Positions 16,524 to 30,246 are shown, counted from the stretch's first letter. The stretch: DNA of 49,289 bases from Gemmatimonadota bacterium (GCA_036679645.1 JAZDCY010000025.1:1-49289), one strand, 5' to 3'. Translations and numbers: made by a program. The notes: generated by a model from the letters alone, not told the origin.

Positions 16524-19331
16524 TCAACGGGCAGCGGGGGTTGGGTTGGTAATCCCGAGCGCTGCGCGCAGGGCCGCCGCGGTGTGGGTCTCGGCGTCGG
16601 CAACGGTTTCCGGCCGTCCCGTGGCGACGACGCGGCCCCCATCCATGCCTCCCTCAGGACCGAGATCCACGACCCAATCGGCCCGCTTGATCACGTCCAC
16701 GTGGTGCTCGATCACGAGCACCGTATGGCCGGCGTCGACCAGGCGGTCGAGCACGCGTAGCAGGGTCTGCACGTCTGCCAGGTGCAGACCGGTGGTCGGC
16801 TCGTCCAGAATGTAGAGCCGGCGGCCGGTCTTTCTTCCCACGGTCGCCAACTGGCGTGCGATCTTGAGCCGCTGCGCCTCGCCGCCTGAGAGAGTGGTCG
16901 CCGGTTGCCCTAGGCGGAGGTAGCCCAGGCCGACCTGCTGGAGATGCCATAGGGCTTTGCCGAGGCGCGCCTGGTGGCGGAAACGCGTGATGGCCTGATC
17001 GACGGAGAGTTGGAGCACCTCGGCGATATGGAGGCCCTTGATGCGCACGTCCAGGACGTCCGGCTCATAGCGCGTCCCTCCGCAGGCCTCGCACGGCACA
17101 TACACGTCCGCGAGGAATACCATCTCGACCCGCACGTGGCCCGCCCCCTCGCAGGCGCGGCACCGGCCACCGCGCGGAGCGTTGAAGCTGAACGTGCCCG
17201 CCGTGTAACCGCGCGCGCGAGAGAGAGGCTGATCGGCGAAAAGGCTGCGAATCTCGTCGAAGGAGCGAATGTACGTGATCGGGTTGGAGCGCGGGGAGCG
17301 CCCAATTGGCGACTGATCTACCAAGACGACGTCGTCGAGCGATTCCCACCCGGTGAGTGCCGCAACCTGTCCCACACGCTCGCCGAGATGTTCCTTGGCC
17401 CCATGCGCCCCGTGCAGGCGGGCGGCTAGTTGGCGGTAGAGGATGTCGTGCACGAGCGTCGATTTCCCGGAACCGGATACGCCTGTCACGACGGTAAGCG
17501 CGCCCAACGGAAACGAGACGTCGATGCCATCGAGGTTGTGCAGACACGCGCCCTCCAGACACAGTTGCCGGGTGCCGATCGGGCGTCGCGCCGACGGAAC
17601 CGGGATTTCAGACGTCCCGTGCAGGTAGCCGCCGGTCAGGGTCGAGGGGGGAAGGTCGGCTGCAGCACCCGCGTAGACGATCTCGCCACCGTGTTCGCCG
17701 CTGCCGGGGCCGAGTTCAATGATGTGGTCGGCCGCACCGATCGCGGCGAGATCGTGCTCGATCACGACCACCGTATTTCCCGCCGCGCGCAGTCGCCGCA
17801 ACACGTCGAGGAGCCGCCCAATGTCTCGCGGATGGAGTCCAATAGACGGCTCGTCCAGCACGTAGAGCGTGTCCACGAGCTGGGCCCCCAGAGCGTTGGC
17901 CAGGGCGATGCGCTGCGCCTCGCCGCCCGAGAGGGTCCGGGTGAGCCGGTCGAGCGTGAGGTAGCTCAATCCGACGTCGAGCAGAAAATCCACACGGGAC
18001 TGCACTTCGCGCAGAATCGTCGTCGCCACATCGCCTTCGAACGGCGTGAGCGCGAGACACGAAAGCCACCCGGCGAGCTGCTCCGCAGTGTACGCGTTGA
18101 CCGTTCCGAGCGAGGCGCCGCCCACGGTGACGGCCAACGCTTCCGGCCGCAGTCGGGCGGCGTGACAGGCCGGGCAGGGGAGCGCCATCTGGTATTGCCG
18201 GAGAAACACCCGAATGTACTGCTTGTATCGTTTGCGCTCGAGGGCGCGCAGAAACGGAAAGGCCCCAACGAATCGACCGGACTTGCCGTGCAGCAGAAAC
18301 CGTTTGTCGGCCGCTTTGATGGCTTGCCACGGCCGTTCCCACGGGATGTCTCGCGCGGTGGCCGTCGTGCGCAACAGTCTGCGTCGGTCCGTGTACCGAG
18401 GCTTGGTCCACGGATCGATGGCACCGTCAGCGAGGGAGCGCTTGCGGTCGGGCACGATCAGTGATTCGTCGTACTCGAGCACGGCGCCGAATCCGTTGCA
18501 ACCGGGACACGCGCCCGCTGGGCTGTTGAACGAGAACAGGGCTGGTGTGAGTCGCGGGGCGCCCCGTCCGCATGCGGTGCAGCGTGGGTGTTGCGAGTAT
18601 GTGGCCGACGCGCCCGCACCCAATACCTTCGCCAGTCCCTCGCCCTCATCGAACGCCGCGCCGATGGCCTCGGCAATGCGGGTCCGGCTGCGTTTGGAGG
18701 CGCGTAGACGATCCACGACCACCAGCACATCCGACCGGTCGAGGCGTGTCCGTGCGGGAAGATCCTCGAGACGGCAGGCCTCGGTCGGACCCCCGCGGCG
18801 TCGCTCGATCACGACACGCACAAAGCCCAGCGCACGCAAGTTCTCGACGATCAGGTCGTGCGTCGTATGGGCCGACTGGGGCAGGGGGAACGTGAGCAGG
18901 ATATCCGTTCCGCCAAACTGCTCGACGACGCGCTCGGCGGCGGTTGAAGGCGAATCGGCGGTGACCGGTTTACCGCACCGGTGACAGTGCGGGTGACCGA
19001 TCCGTGCCCACAGGAGCCGCAAGTAGTCGTAAATCTCGGTCGCGGTCCCGACGGTAGAGCGCGACGATGTCGTGGGGTTCTTCTGCTCGATGGCCACCGC
19101 CAGTCGATCGACATCGGGTTTGGGCATGCGCTCGAGGAACTGCTTCGCGTAGGTCGACAGCGATTCGATGTAGCGACGCTGACCTTCGGCGTAGAGCGTA
19201 TCGAAGGCCAGCGAACTCTTGCCTGAGCCGGACGGACCCGTCACGACGGTCAGCGCGCGGTGCGGGATCGTGACGTCGATGCCTTTGAGGTTGTGCTGGC
19301 GCGCGTTGTAGATGTGAATGGACCCGGGCAT
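16524..19331 (-). CDS. uvrA: Excinuclease ABC subunit A (probably a UvrA2-type paralog)
   Basis: ARQHNLK, two Walker A motifs (GPSGSGKSS, GVSGSGKST), LSGGEAQR twice, Zn fingers. Confidence 0.93.
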   Translation of the reverse strand: MPGSIHIYNARQHNLKGIDVTIPHRALTVVTGPSGSGKSSLAFDTLYAEGQRRYIESLSTYAKQFLERMPKPDVDRLAVAIEQKNPTTSSRSTVGTATEIYDYLRLLWARIGHPHCHRCGKPVTADSPSTAAERVVEQFGGTDILLTFPLPQSAHTTHDLIVENLRALGFVRVVIERRRGGPTEACRLEDLPARTRLDRSDVLVVVDRLRASKRSRTRIAEAIGAAFDEGEGLAKVLGAGASATYSQHPRCTACGRGAPRLTPALFSFNSPAGACPGCNGFGAVLEYDESLIVPDRKRSLADGAIDPWTKPRYTDRRRLLRTTATARDIPWERPWQAIKAADKRFLLHGKSGRFVGAFPFLRALERKRYKQYIRVFLRQYQMALPCPACHAARLRPEALAVTVGGASLGTVNAYTAEQLAGWLSCLALTPFEGDVATTILREVQSRVDFLLDVGLSYLTLDRLTRTLSGGEAQRIALANALGAQLVDTLYVLDEPSIGLHPRDIGRLLDVLRRLRAAGNTVVVIEHDLAAIGAADHIIELGPGSGEHGGEIVYAGAAADLPPSTLTGGYLHGTSEIPVPSARRPIGTRQLCLEGACLHNLDGIDVSFPLGALTVVTGVSGSGKSTLVHDILYRQLAARLHGAHGAKEHLGERVGQVAALTGWESLDDVVLVDQSPIGRSPRSNPITYIRSFDEIRSLFADQPLSRARGYTAGTFSFNAPRGGRCRACEGAGHVRVEMVFLADVYVPCEACGGTRYEPDVLDVRIKGLHIAEVLQLSVDQAITRFRHQARLGKALWHLQQVGLGYLRLGQPATTLSGGEAQRLKIARQLATVGRKTGRRLYILDEPTTGLHLADVQTLLRVLDRLVDAGHTVLVIEHHVDVIKRADWVVDLGPEGGMDGGRVVATGRPETVADAETHTAAALRAALGITNPTPAAR

Positions 19332-19417
19332 GCCGAAGCATACCGGGGGAACGGCGAACTTCCAATGTCGAACGTGCGACGTTGAAGTTCGCCGCTCAGC
19401 ATTCAGCGTTCGACGTG

Positions 19418-20584
19418 CTACATTGTGTACCGCTCCAGGTACTGCAGGTCGAATTCGTCGCGTACCATCGTGTAGACGACCCCGTTGCCGAAACCAATGA
19501 CTTGCCGTCCGGCTGGGAGGGTGATCTGCGTGCGCAGCTCGCCGTCGGGGCCGAAGACGTCGTACACCGCGTGCTGCCCGGCCGGCCGGGACCGTTCCAC
19601 CCAGAGTGTGCCATCAGGGGTGACGCGGACGGCCTCGGCATTGAACGCAGGCTTCCGGTCGGGCCACGAGTACTGATCCAGCTCACGATTGCGCGCCGCT
19701 GGTCCACCACGACTGAACGACATCTGGCGCTGACCGTTGTTGATGTTGACGCCAATTCTCAACCCCCCGCTCGACCGGTTCACCCACTCCTCTTTCTCCG
19801 CTCGTCTAATGGGGACCGGGTCGTAGGCGATCTGGGGGCCCCGGACGACGCGACCGTCGGGGTGGTGCCACTCGACCGAGTAGGGATTGGCACGCACGAG
19901 CGCGATCCGCCCGTCCGGCGCCACGGCCCAGCCGTCGGCCGGAGAGAGCGGCACCTGCTGGATGCTCACGCTGCGGTTGTTGGCGCCGCCGGACGACTGG
20001 CGTCGCAGTTCCCGGATCTTCACAACCGCAACCGTGTCGATGCGCTGGGAGGCGCGGTCGAACCGCATGACGGGGGCGGAATCGGGCAACGCGCCACCCG
20101 GGCGGCCCAGCCCCGTACCCTGGAGATAGAGGCGCCCCCGCGCGTCCACCTGACGCGGCAGGAGGAACAACATGCCGCCGCCGAGTCCGGGTCTTCCCGG
20201 GTCCCCCTGCGCGATCGGCATGGTCGGTCCAAATCCGAACGACGGGCCGAGTGCGGTGAGGCGTGCGTTGCCCAGATCGACCAGCAGCGTCGAATCGCCG
20301 GGGAGGGGGAATATGCCGTCCGGTTGCCGGTATTCCTCGGGTCCCTGACCAACGCGTCCGATGGTATCGGCCACGCCAGTCGTGAGATCGACGATGACCA
20401 GGACCTGTCCCAGGGGATCGGCCACCATCACTCGTCCGTCGGGTAGCTCGCGGAGGCCTCCGATCATGCTGAACGCTTCCTCGACTGTCGCGTTGGGGGC
20501 CGTTAGCGCCTGGCCGAACGCCTGCGGAACGCACACCAGGAAGGCCATCGCGGTTCCAGTAACCATCATGTGACTACTGCGCAT
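19418..20584 (-). CDS. Secreted beta-propeller protein (6-bladed type)
   Basis: Signal peptide; IGRVGQGPEEYRQP; YDVFGPDGEL; C-terminal VRDEFDLQYLERY. Confidence 0.75.
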   Translation of the reverse strand: MRSSHMMVTGTAMAFLVCVPQAFGQALTAPNATVEEAFSMIGGLRELPDGRVMVADPLGQVLVIVDLTTGVADTIGRVGQGPEEYRQPDGIFPLPGDSTLLVDLGNARLTALGPSFGFGPTMPIAQGDPGRPGLGGGMLFLLPRQVDARGRLYLQGTGLGRPGGALPDSAPVMRFDRASQRIDTVAVVKIRELRRQSSGGANNRSVSIQQVPLSPADGWAVAPDGRIALVRANPYSVEWHHPDGRVVRGPQIAYDPVPIRRAEKEEWVNRSSGGLRIGVNINNGQRQMSFSRGGPAARNRELDQYSWPDRKPAFNAEAVRVTPDGTLWVERSRPAGQHAVYDVFGPDGELRTQITLPAGRQVIGFGNGVVYTMVRDEFDLQYLERYTM

Positions 20585-20703
20585 TTCTGAGCTGCTCCGT
20601 GAGAGTCGGTTCGTGCTAATGATGCACAGTGGGTGTTTCGGGTCGCACCACCGCCCGGGACGTGTTGACGGCGGCTCCATTCCGGACCTAGGTTGGCGTC
20701 GCG

Positions 20704-21774
20704 ATGCCGACCCCGCTGGCGCCCCGGATTCTTCGTCGTGGCCTCGAGCTCTTCGCCGTCATTTCGGTGCTCGGGTTCATCGGGCTGCTGTTCTACGGCA
20801 ACAATTTCGACCGGTTCCTTACCGCCATGGTGTCGGTCGATTTCCGCTGGATCTTGGTGGGTGTGGGGCTCGCATCGCTCGATTGGTTCGGCGGCGGCCT
20901 CCGGCTCTATGTCATCGGGCGGCACGTGTATCCCGGCCAGTCCCTCAAAGGGGCCATCCTCGCCGGTGGGCTGAACACGTGGGCCAGCTACCTGACGCCA
21001 TCCCAGACCGGTGGCGGCCCCATGATGGTGTACACGCTCACCCGATACGGCACCCCCCTGCCGGAGGCGATGGTTGCGGGCCTCATGAGCTTCGTGACCA
21101 CGGTGATCTTCTTCGCGGTTGCCGGGCCGGTAGCGATCTTTTTTGGGGCCGGGCGGTCGCTGGAGCAACACGGGGTCATTGGACAGACGGTCGATCTCTA
21201 CGACCTCTTCATGTTGAGCCTCGGGGGGTTCGTCACGATCGGGCTGATCATCGTGGCGCTGATTTCCTTTCCGAATATCGCCAGGGCGCTGGCCCGGGCG
21301 ATCCACGCCCACCTCGAGCGCAGGGGACGGGCCACGTGGGCCGCCAAGGTCGCGAGCATGGAGGCCGGTATCGACCAGGCGCACTCCGCCATCGCGGCGT
21401 TCGCCAGTGTCCGTGGATGGGGTGCGTTGGGGGTAGCGGTACTGCTCACCGCGACGGCGCATGCGAACAAGTTGCTTGCCGGCTACGTTGTGTTGCGGGC
21501 GCTCGGTATCGAAGCACCGTTTTTCGAAGTGCTGTTGCTACAGACCCTCATCAGTTTTCTGCTCTATTTTGCACCGACGCCGGGCGGTTCCGGACTTGCA
21601 GAATTGCTGTCTGCCGCAGTGATGTCCATCTACGTGCCTCGCGTCCTAATACCCTCCTACATCCTCCTGTGGCGCGTGTTGGTCTCGTATCTGACGGTCG
21701 TATTCGGCTCGGCCGTGTTTTGGCGCTGGCTCAAGCTCGCGGAAGAGGGTGAAGGCCCCGCGGGAGCGGGCTGA
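20704..21774 (+). CDS. Lysylphosphatidylglycerol synthase TM / flippase-like (UPF0104) protein
   Basis: Multiple TM helices; TPSQTGGGP, PTPGGSGLAE, LLWR. Confidence 0.88.
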   Translation: MPTPLAPRILRRGLELFAVISVLGFIGLLFYGNNFDRFLTAMVSVDFRWILVGVGLASLDWFGGGLRLYVIGRHVYPGQSLKGAILAGGLNTWASYLTPSQTGGGPMMVYTLTRYGTPLPEAMVAGLMSFVTTVIFFAVAGPVAIFFGAGRSLEQHGVIGQTVDLYDLFMLSLGGFVTIGLIIVALISFPNIARALARAIHAHLERRGRATWAAKVASMEAGIDQAHSAIAAFASVRGWGALGVAVLLTATAHANKLLAGYVVLRALGIEAPFFEVLLLQTLISFLLYFAPTPGGSGLAELLSAAVMSIYVPRVLIPSYILLWRVLVSYLTVVFGSAVFWRWLKLAEEGEGPAGAG

Positions 21775-21845
21775 TTGTCAGTTGCACCGCCCTTTCGGCC
21801 GCACTACATTTTTGAATTGCCCCGGTCGTACGAGGTTCTATACGC

Positions 21846-23474
<1,629 letters not shown>

Positions 23475-23475
23475 C

Positions 23476-24267
23476 TTGAGCCAGCACGTCGAGTTCACCT
23501 GCGCCGGACGCACCGACGTCGGCATCGTGCGAGCCGGGAACGAGGACAACTACCTCATGATCCCGGAGCGGGCGCTCTTCATTGTCGCCGACGGTATGGG
23601 CGGTCACGCCGCAGGTGAAGTCGCCAGCGAGATGGCGGTGCGGATCATCTCGGAGGAACTCGGCGACGTGCGCGGGGCTGCCGAAGTCGATGCCGCCGAG
23701 CGCATGCGCGAGGCCATCCGGCAGGCGAACGCCACGATTTTCGAGCGGACCCTCACGGAGCACGACAAGCGCGGCATGGGGACAACCGCCACGGCGCTCG
23801 TGCTCAACGGGCAGCGGTATCTGATTGGGCAGGTGGGCGATAGCCGGGCGTACCTGCTGCGCGACAAGCAACTCACCCAGCTCACCAAGGATCACTCCTA
23901 CGTACAGGAGCAGGTCGACGCCGGATACCTCAGTCCCGAGGAAGCCCGCACTCATCCCTACAGCAACGTCATCACCCGGTGTGTCGGGGCAAACAACGAT
24001 GTGGCACCCGATACGTACGCGGGGACAGCGCACAGGGGCGATCTGTTTCTCCTCGCATCTGACGGACTGACGGGTATGATCGATGATCCGGAATTGCACA
24101 CCATCCTGCTGGCCGACACGAATCCGCAGGCACTGGCCGATCGCCTCATCGAGGAAGCGAATCAGCAGGGCGGGCTCGACAACATCACGGTGGTCATCGT
24201 GCGCGTGGACAAGGTCGAGGCCGCTCGCGCCGACGACCGTCCGACTCTGGCGACCGCCGAGGAGTGA
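23476..24267 (+). CDS. PP2C-family Ser/Thr phosphatase (Stp1/IreP type)
   Basis: TDVGIVRAGNED, VADGMGGHAAGEVAS, VGDSRAY, ASDGL, GGLDNIT; TTG start inferred. Confidence 0.93.
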   Translation: MSQHVEFTCAGRTDVGIVRAGNEDNYLMIPERALFIVADGMGGHAAGEVASEMAVRIISEELGDVRGAAEVDAAERMREAIRQANATIFERTLTEHDKRGMGTTATALVLNGQRYLIGQVGDSRAYLLRDKQLTQLTKDHSYVQEQVDAGYLSPEEARTHPYSNVITRCVGANNDVAPDTYAGTAHRGDLFLLASDGLTGMIDDPELHTILLADTNPQALADRLIEEANQQGGLDNITVVIVRVDKVEAARADDRPTLATAEE

Positions 24268-24449
24268 CCACCGGTCCCGACCGTGATGCCGTGGGCCGGG
24301 TTGCCGCCGAACATCTAGCTCCCATTCTCTATGCACTGGAGGTCTGCGCGGTCTCGATGGAACAGGCCGGGCGGATCGACGACGCGCAATACTATCGGAA
24401 GGTGGCGGGCCTGCTGGCCGACGCGGGCGGAGCAACCACGGACCGTTAG
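24264..24449 (+). CDS. Small hypothetical protein (61 aa)
   Basis: GTGA overlap with the PP2C stop; helical-looking sequence. Confidence 0.6.
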   Translation: MTTGPDRDAVGRVAAEHLAPILYALEVCAVSMEQAGRIDDAQYYRKVAGLLADAGGATTDR

Positions 24450-24450
24450 C

Positions 24451-25710
24451 CTACAGGATAGCGGCGTCCCGCTGGATCATCTCCGCGGCCCCGGCTCTCC
24501 CCGCTTCAACCAGCGCAATGATCCTGTCTCCACTAACGCGCACCGGGCTCCGCGTGTAGAGCCGCAACCGTCGCGCCGCGGTGTGTAACTCATCGGTGAT
24601 ACTGTGAATGCCAAGCTCCGCGGGTGCGACTGCGCCTCCGCGAGCGAGTACCGGAGCGATGCCGGTCAGCATCTGGGGTTTCTTCGGGAAATCCAGAAGG
24701 ACCTCGCCCGCATGCAGGCCCAGTTCGGTCGCTAGCCGGTCCTCGACCGCCTCCACCAGGGCAGGATCGTCGGCGACCCAACTCCCGGCACCGGCGGGAA
24801 GCGCACGCGCGGGAAGATCGAGCACGCGCTTGTACAGCCTGCGACGGCGCAGTTGTTCTGCTATGGTGGCCGACGGTAGCGCACGCATACGTTGCATGAG
24901 TTCTTCGTCGGTACACGTGGCGATCCATGCGGTGTCGAGCGCGTGGTCGGCGATGGCCGTGCGTACGACGCGTTTGAACATGGCCGTGGCACTTCGGACG
25001 GCGTGATGCCAGTAGACGTTGCGGTACATCTGATACTTCGCGAAGAGCAACGACTCGAGCGCGCTCACCCCTTTCTCGTGAATACCGACGACCTCGCGCC
25101 CCTCATAGGTCACGAGCGTGAGACTGTGCACCAACCGGTCGACATCGACGGTGCCATACGGTACCCCGCACATCCGTGCGTCACGGGTGAGGTACTCGAT
25201 CTTGTCGAGATCGAGCGCCCCGGAGATGAGCCCGGCCAGCGGCGAGGGTGACCGACCCGCGACCAGGTCAGCCAGACGGGTCGCGATGTCGTCTAATCCG
25301 GTGGCCCGGAGTGCCTCCGCAAGCTCCGAGGCTCGGAACCGGTCGGGAGCCAGTTGTTCATGGTTGGGGAGCCCGGCTTCCTCGAGTGCATGGGAGAAGG
25401 GATAGTGCCCGATATCGTGCAGCAAGGCCGCCAGGCGCACCAGAGGTGCCTCGTCACCGGGAAAATCGGCGAGCTGGCCACGCCGGTCGAGCAACTCGAG
25501 TGCGCGGTTGGCAAGATGGTACGTTCCGAGCGCGTGCTCAAATCGTGTGTGGGTCGCGCCGGGATAGACAAGGAACGCATGTCCTAGCTGGCGGACGTAT
25601 CGGAGTCGCTGGAACGGCGCGCTGTCGATGATGCGGAGCGCCGGCGGATCGATGCCGATGTTGTTCCACAACGGGTCGCGCACGACCTCGAATCCGCGGG
25701 CCATCTCCAT
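24451..25710 (-). CDS. HD-domain phosphohydrolase (dNTPase/SAMHD1-like)
   Basis: FQRLRYVRQLG, HTRFEHALG, LLHDIGHYPFSH, DLDKIEYL, VYWHH. Confidence 0.92.
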   Translation of the reverse strand: MEMARGFEVVRDPLWNNIGIDPPALRIIDSAPFQRLRYVRQLGHAFLVYPGATHTRFEHALGTYHLANRALELLDRRGQLADFPGDEAPLVRLAALLHDIGHYPFSHALEEAGLPNHEQLAPDRFRASELAEALRATGLDDIATRLADLVAGRSPSPLAGLISGALDLDKIEYLTRDARMCGVPYGTVDVDRLVHSLTLVTYEGREVVGIHEKGVSALESLLFAKYQMYRNVYWHHAVRSATAMFKRVVRTAIADHALDTAWIATCTDEELMQRMRALPSATIAEQLRRRRLYKRVLDLPARALPAGAGSWVADDPALVEAVEDRLATELGLHAGEVLLDFPKKPQMLTGIAPVLARGGAVAPAELGIHSITDELHTAARRLRLYTRSPVRVSGDRIIALVEAGRAGAAEMIQRDAAIL

Positions 25711-25713
25711 GCG

Positions 25714-27300
<1,587 letters not shown>

Positions 27301-27344
27301 TTCGGTTTTGGAGATGCCTTCAAGTGTTTAGAAATGAACTACTT

Positions 27345-27373
27345 AGGTTACGAGCCGGCCATTTGGGTGTCAA
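27345..27373 (-). promoter_or_regulatory. Sigma70-type promoter of pckA
   Basis: TTGACA-N17-TAACCT, 45 bp upstream of the ATG. Confidence 0.7.
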
Positions 27374-27420
27374 GTCGCTTGGGGTAGCGTTTCGACCGAG
27401 ATCGGCGGGCCGGCCTGCGG

Positions 27421-28077
27421 CTACCTACCAGCGGGGATCCCGACAGTGGGCTCCGAGTGGTAGAGCGTCGAGAAGGTCGCACGGTCACGCAGCGACAGAG
27501 CCTCTGCCCGCGGGCGTCCGTGCATGAGATCGGTCGGGTCGTCACTGTGCAGGAACAGTCCGAGCGAGTGTCCCAGTTCGTGTGCCACCACGATGCGCAT
27601 GCAGCGTTCCACCTCCTCGATGCGCGCGCCAAGCCGCGGCGAGATCGTGGTGCGGAACGGCAGGATCATGGTGGTGTCGGCGTTCACCAGGATAGGGGTG
27701 CGACCCTGGCAGTCGAGCGTTGCCTCGTCCTGGCGCACAAAGGCGACTGGTTCGGATCGCAAGAACAAGATGTCCGCACGTTGCGAGTCTGATACGAATC
27801 CGGCCCGGAGTTCCCCGTAGAGTCCCGCGTCGATCCAACCCCGGACGCCCTCGGCCACCTTGCGTGACAGGTCGGACCCCGGCTGCACCCAGATCCGCAC
27901 CGGCAACGCGTGACGGGGCCACTTGAAGGTCAGGAGGGGGGGCGCATCGTCGGTGCATCCGACAGCAGGGTTCGAACAGTCGATGGCGAACTGATACGGG
28001 GCCGGACGCTCGGGCCGCGTCGCATCGCCGCAGGCGAGTACTGCCAGGAGGCCGAACGGTATCGCCAAACGGCTCAT
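27421..28077 (-). CDS. Matrixin-like zinc metalloprotease lipoprotein
   Basis: Lipobox VLAC; HELGHSLGLFLHS...DLM. Confidence 0.85.
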   Translation of the reverse strand: MSRLAIPFGLLAVLACGDATRPERPAPYQFAIDCSNPAVGCTDDAPPLLTFKWPRHALPVRIWVQPGSDLSRKVAEGVRGWIDAGLYGELRAGFVSDSQRADILFLRSEPVAFVRQDEATLDCQGRTPILVNADTTMILPFRTTISPRLGARIEEVERCMRIVVAHELGHSLGLFLHSDDPTDLMHGRPRAEALSLRDRATFSTLYHSEPTVGIPAGR

Positions 28078-28718
28078 GGCTCGGGTCGCTCCGGCGGATG
28101 TATGTCGGGTGGGGTATGGTAGAGAATCTGCAATACGTTGCGGTCGTTCATCGAGGGCGTACGTACTCGTGGATTGGCATTCATGAGATCGCCTGTATCG
28201 GCGCTGTGGGCGAAGAGCCCCAGGGTGTGCCCTATCTCGTGCGTCACGATGCGCGCCAGGCAGTTGGCGACGTCGCTGGGATCGGCGTCCTCGCTCCAGT
28301 CAATCCGCACACGGAGTGGGCCGATGATCGTATGGTCGTCAGCAAGGCTGTCGACACGGGTCCTACCTGCGCATGCATTGAGCACCGGTGCCGCGTCGGT
28401 GAGCGGCACATCGGGCGGCGCGCCTCCGACAACCCGCACGATCACGTCCGCCGTGGAGGAATCGGTGGAGATGATGCCGCGATACTCGCCGTAGAGTAGT
28501 TGCTGTTCCCAGGCAACGATCCCATCGGACACGAGGCGGGCGGTCGGCCCAGCGTCGGGTGCGACGTAATATCGGACGGGGAGCCTCACGACCGGCCACG
28601 AGAACGTCAGGCCGGACCCGAGCCGATCGAGCGGGTAGGTGGCGGTGCGGGTTGGCGCGGTGAGCGACTCGCACCCGAGTGCCACCAGCGCCACCAACAG
28701 ACTACTCGCCTTGCGCAC
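28074..28718 (-). CDS. Matrixin-like zinc metalloprotease lipoprotein (paralog)
   Basis: Lipobox ALGC; HEIGHTLGLFAHS...DLM; GTG start approximate. Confidence 0.82.
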   Translation of the reverse strand: MRKASSLLVALVALGCESLTAPTRTATYPLDRLGSGLTFSWPVVRLPVRYYVAPDAGPTARLVSDGIVAWEQQLLYGEYRGIISTDSSTADVIVRVVGGAPPDVPLTDAAPVLNACAGRTRVDSLADDHTIIGPLRVRIDWSEDADPSDVANCLARIVTHEIGHTLGLFAHSADTGDLMNANPRVRTPSMNDRNVLQILYHTPPDIHPPERPEP

Positions 28719-29349
28719 GGCCGCCCGCCCGAATGGAGATGCCAAGCATGAACCGATGCACGGTAGTATTTCCCGTGAACCCTTCCCTTTCCAATCTCGT
28801 CGTCGTGAACTGGTGCGCGTCGTAGCCGATCTCGACCGCGGCGGTGAAACGCGAGCTTAACGGTGGTGAGGCCGAGAGCGATACGCCGAGAACCGGCTCG
28901 ACCGGCGTACCGCCCTGGAAGATGCCCACCCGGCTGCTGGGGCGGTAGATGACGGCCCCGGCCCGTACTTCGATGTTGAACCAGGGGGTGAGCCGCTGCG
29001 ACAGCGTCGCGGCTGGTGTCCAGACGGTGAGTGTGACCACCGGAGTTTCTTCGGCGGGGGTCTTGACCACGAGGTCGCTCCGGCCCACCTGCACCGATGC
29101 GCCGAACCACGTGCCGGGACGGACCTGGGTCTCGAGGGTCACGCCGAGATACGCGGCTGTGTTGGGTCGGACCGTGATCGGCTCGGCCGCGATCGAGTCG
29201 CGCACCAAGTTTGAGGTCACCAGCACGCCCCCGCGCACGCCGACGCGCACCTGCGCACGCGCGGCGGCGGACGGAAAGCTGAGACCGAGACTGAAAAGCC
29301 CGAGCACGGCGAGGCGACCCGCGGTGCCGGGCTGTACTGGCCACGACAT
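28702..29349 (-). CDS. Small outer-membrane beta-barrel-like protein
   Basis: Signal peptide ending ARAQ; alternating beta-strand pattern. Confidence 0.6.
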   Translation of the reverse strand: MSWPVQPGTAGRLAVLGLFSLGLSFPSAAARAQVRVGVRGGVLVTSNLVRDSIAAEPITVRPNTAAYLGVTLETQVRPGTWFGASVQVGRSDLVVKTPAEETPVVTLTVWTPAATLSQRLTPWFNIEVRAGAVIYRPSSRVGIFQGGTPVEPVLGVSLSASPPLSSRFTAAVEIGYDAHQFTTTRLEREGFTGNTTVHRFMLGISIRAGGRAQGE

Positions 29350-29389
29350 GGCCCCAAGTATAGCACCGCGTCCGTGTGGAGGTGTGCGA

Positions 29390-30238
29390 TCATCGTGGCG
29401 CGGCGCGCGCGTATGCTCGCAGGCGTCGCAGCATACGTCGATCGGTGTGTGTCGGATCGTCTCCCTTAGGTGTCTCGATGATCTTGATGACGTCGCCGAA
29501 TCCGCGATCGCGCATGATGCGCCTGAATGGCTCGGGTCCAAGCGTCCCTTCGCCGATCAGCTCGTGGCGGTCGCGGTGTGAGCCGAGCGCTCCCTTCGAG
29601 TCGTTGAGGTGGAAGCACCGCAGATACCGGCGTCCGATCGTGCGGTCCCAAGCTGACCACACCTCGTCCCAGCGGCGCACGAGATCGTAACCGGCGGCGA
29701 ACAGGTGGCAGGTATCCGCGCAGTACCCGATCCGGTGCCGGAGTCCATCAGGGACGCGTTCGCGGAGTTCAGCCAGCTCCTCAAAGGTCGCGCCGAGCGC
29801 CGTACCGGCCCCGGCCGTGGTCTCGATGAGGATCGAGGGTCCGTCAACGGCGGCCAACGATTCGGCGTAGGCAGTCGCGTTGCGCACGAGGCCCGCCGCC
29901 CTGCGCGTGATGGCGTTCCCCGGGTGGGTCACGACGTAGGGTATGTGCAAGGCCCCACACCGCTCGAGTTCTGCGACGAAGCTCGTGCAGGAGCGGCGCC
30001 AGAGCTTCCGGTCGGGCGACGCGAGGTTTATGAGGTAGGAATCGTGTGAGACGACGACCTCTATGCCGCTCCGCTCGACGGCGGCGTGGAACGCCTCGAC
30101 CGTTCCGTCCGTCAGGACGGGCTCGCGCCACTGGTTTGGCGTCTTGGTGAAGAGCTGGATTGCGGTGGCACCTATGGCGCGACCGCGCGCCGGTGCCTTG
30201 TCTACACCGCCGGCAGACGAGACATGCGCTCCGAGCAC
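29390..30238 (-). CDS. nfo: Endonuclease IV
   Basis: LGAHVS, HDSYLINLAS, HPG, ETTAG, DTCHLFAAG, HLNDSK, DRHE, ETP. Confidence 0.97.
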   Translation of the reverse strand: MLGAHVSSAGGVDKAPARGRAIGATAIQLFTKTPNQWREPVLTDGTVEAFHAAVERSGIEVVVSHDSYLINLASPDRKLWRRSCTSFVAELERCGALHIPYVVTHPGNAITRRAAGLVRNATAYAESLAAVDGPSILIETTAGAGTALGATFEELAELRERVPDGLRHRIGYCADTCHLFAAGYDLVRRWDEVWSAWDRTIGRRYLRCFHLNDSKGALGSHRDRHELIGEGTLGPEPFRRIMRDRGFGDVIKIIETPKGDDPTHTDRRMLRRLRAYARAAPR

Positions 30239-30246
30239 TGCTGTTG

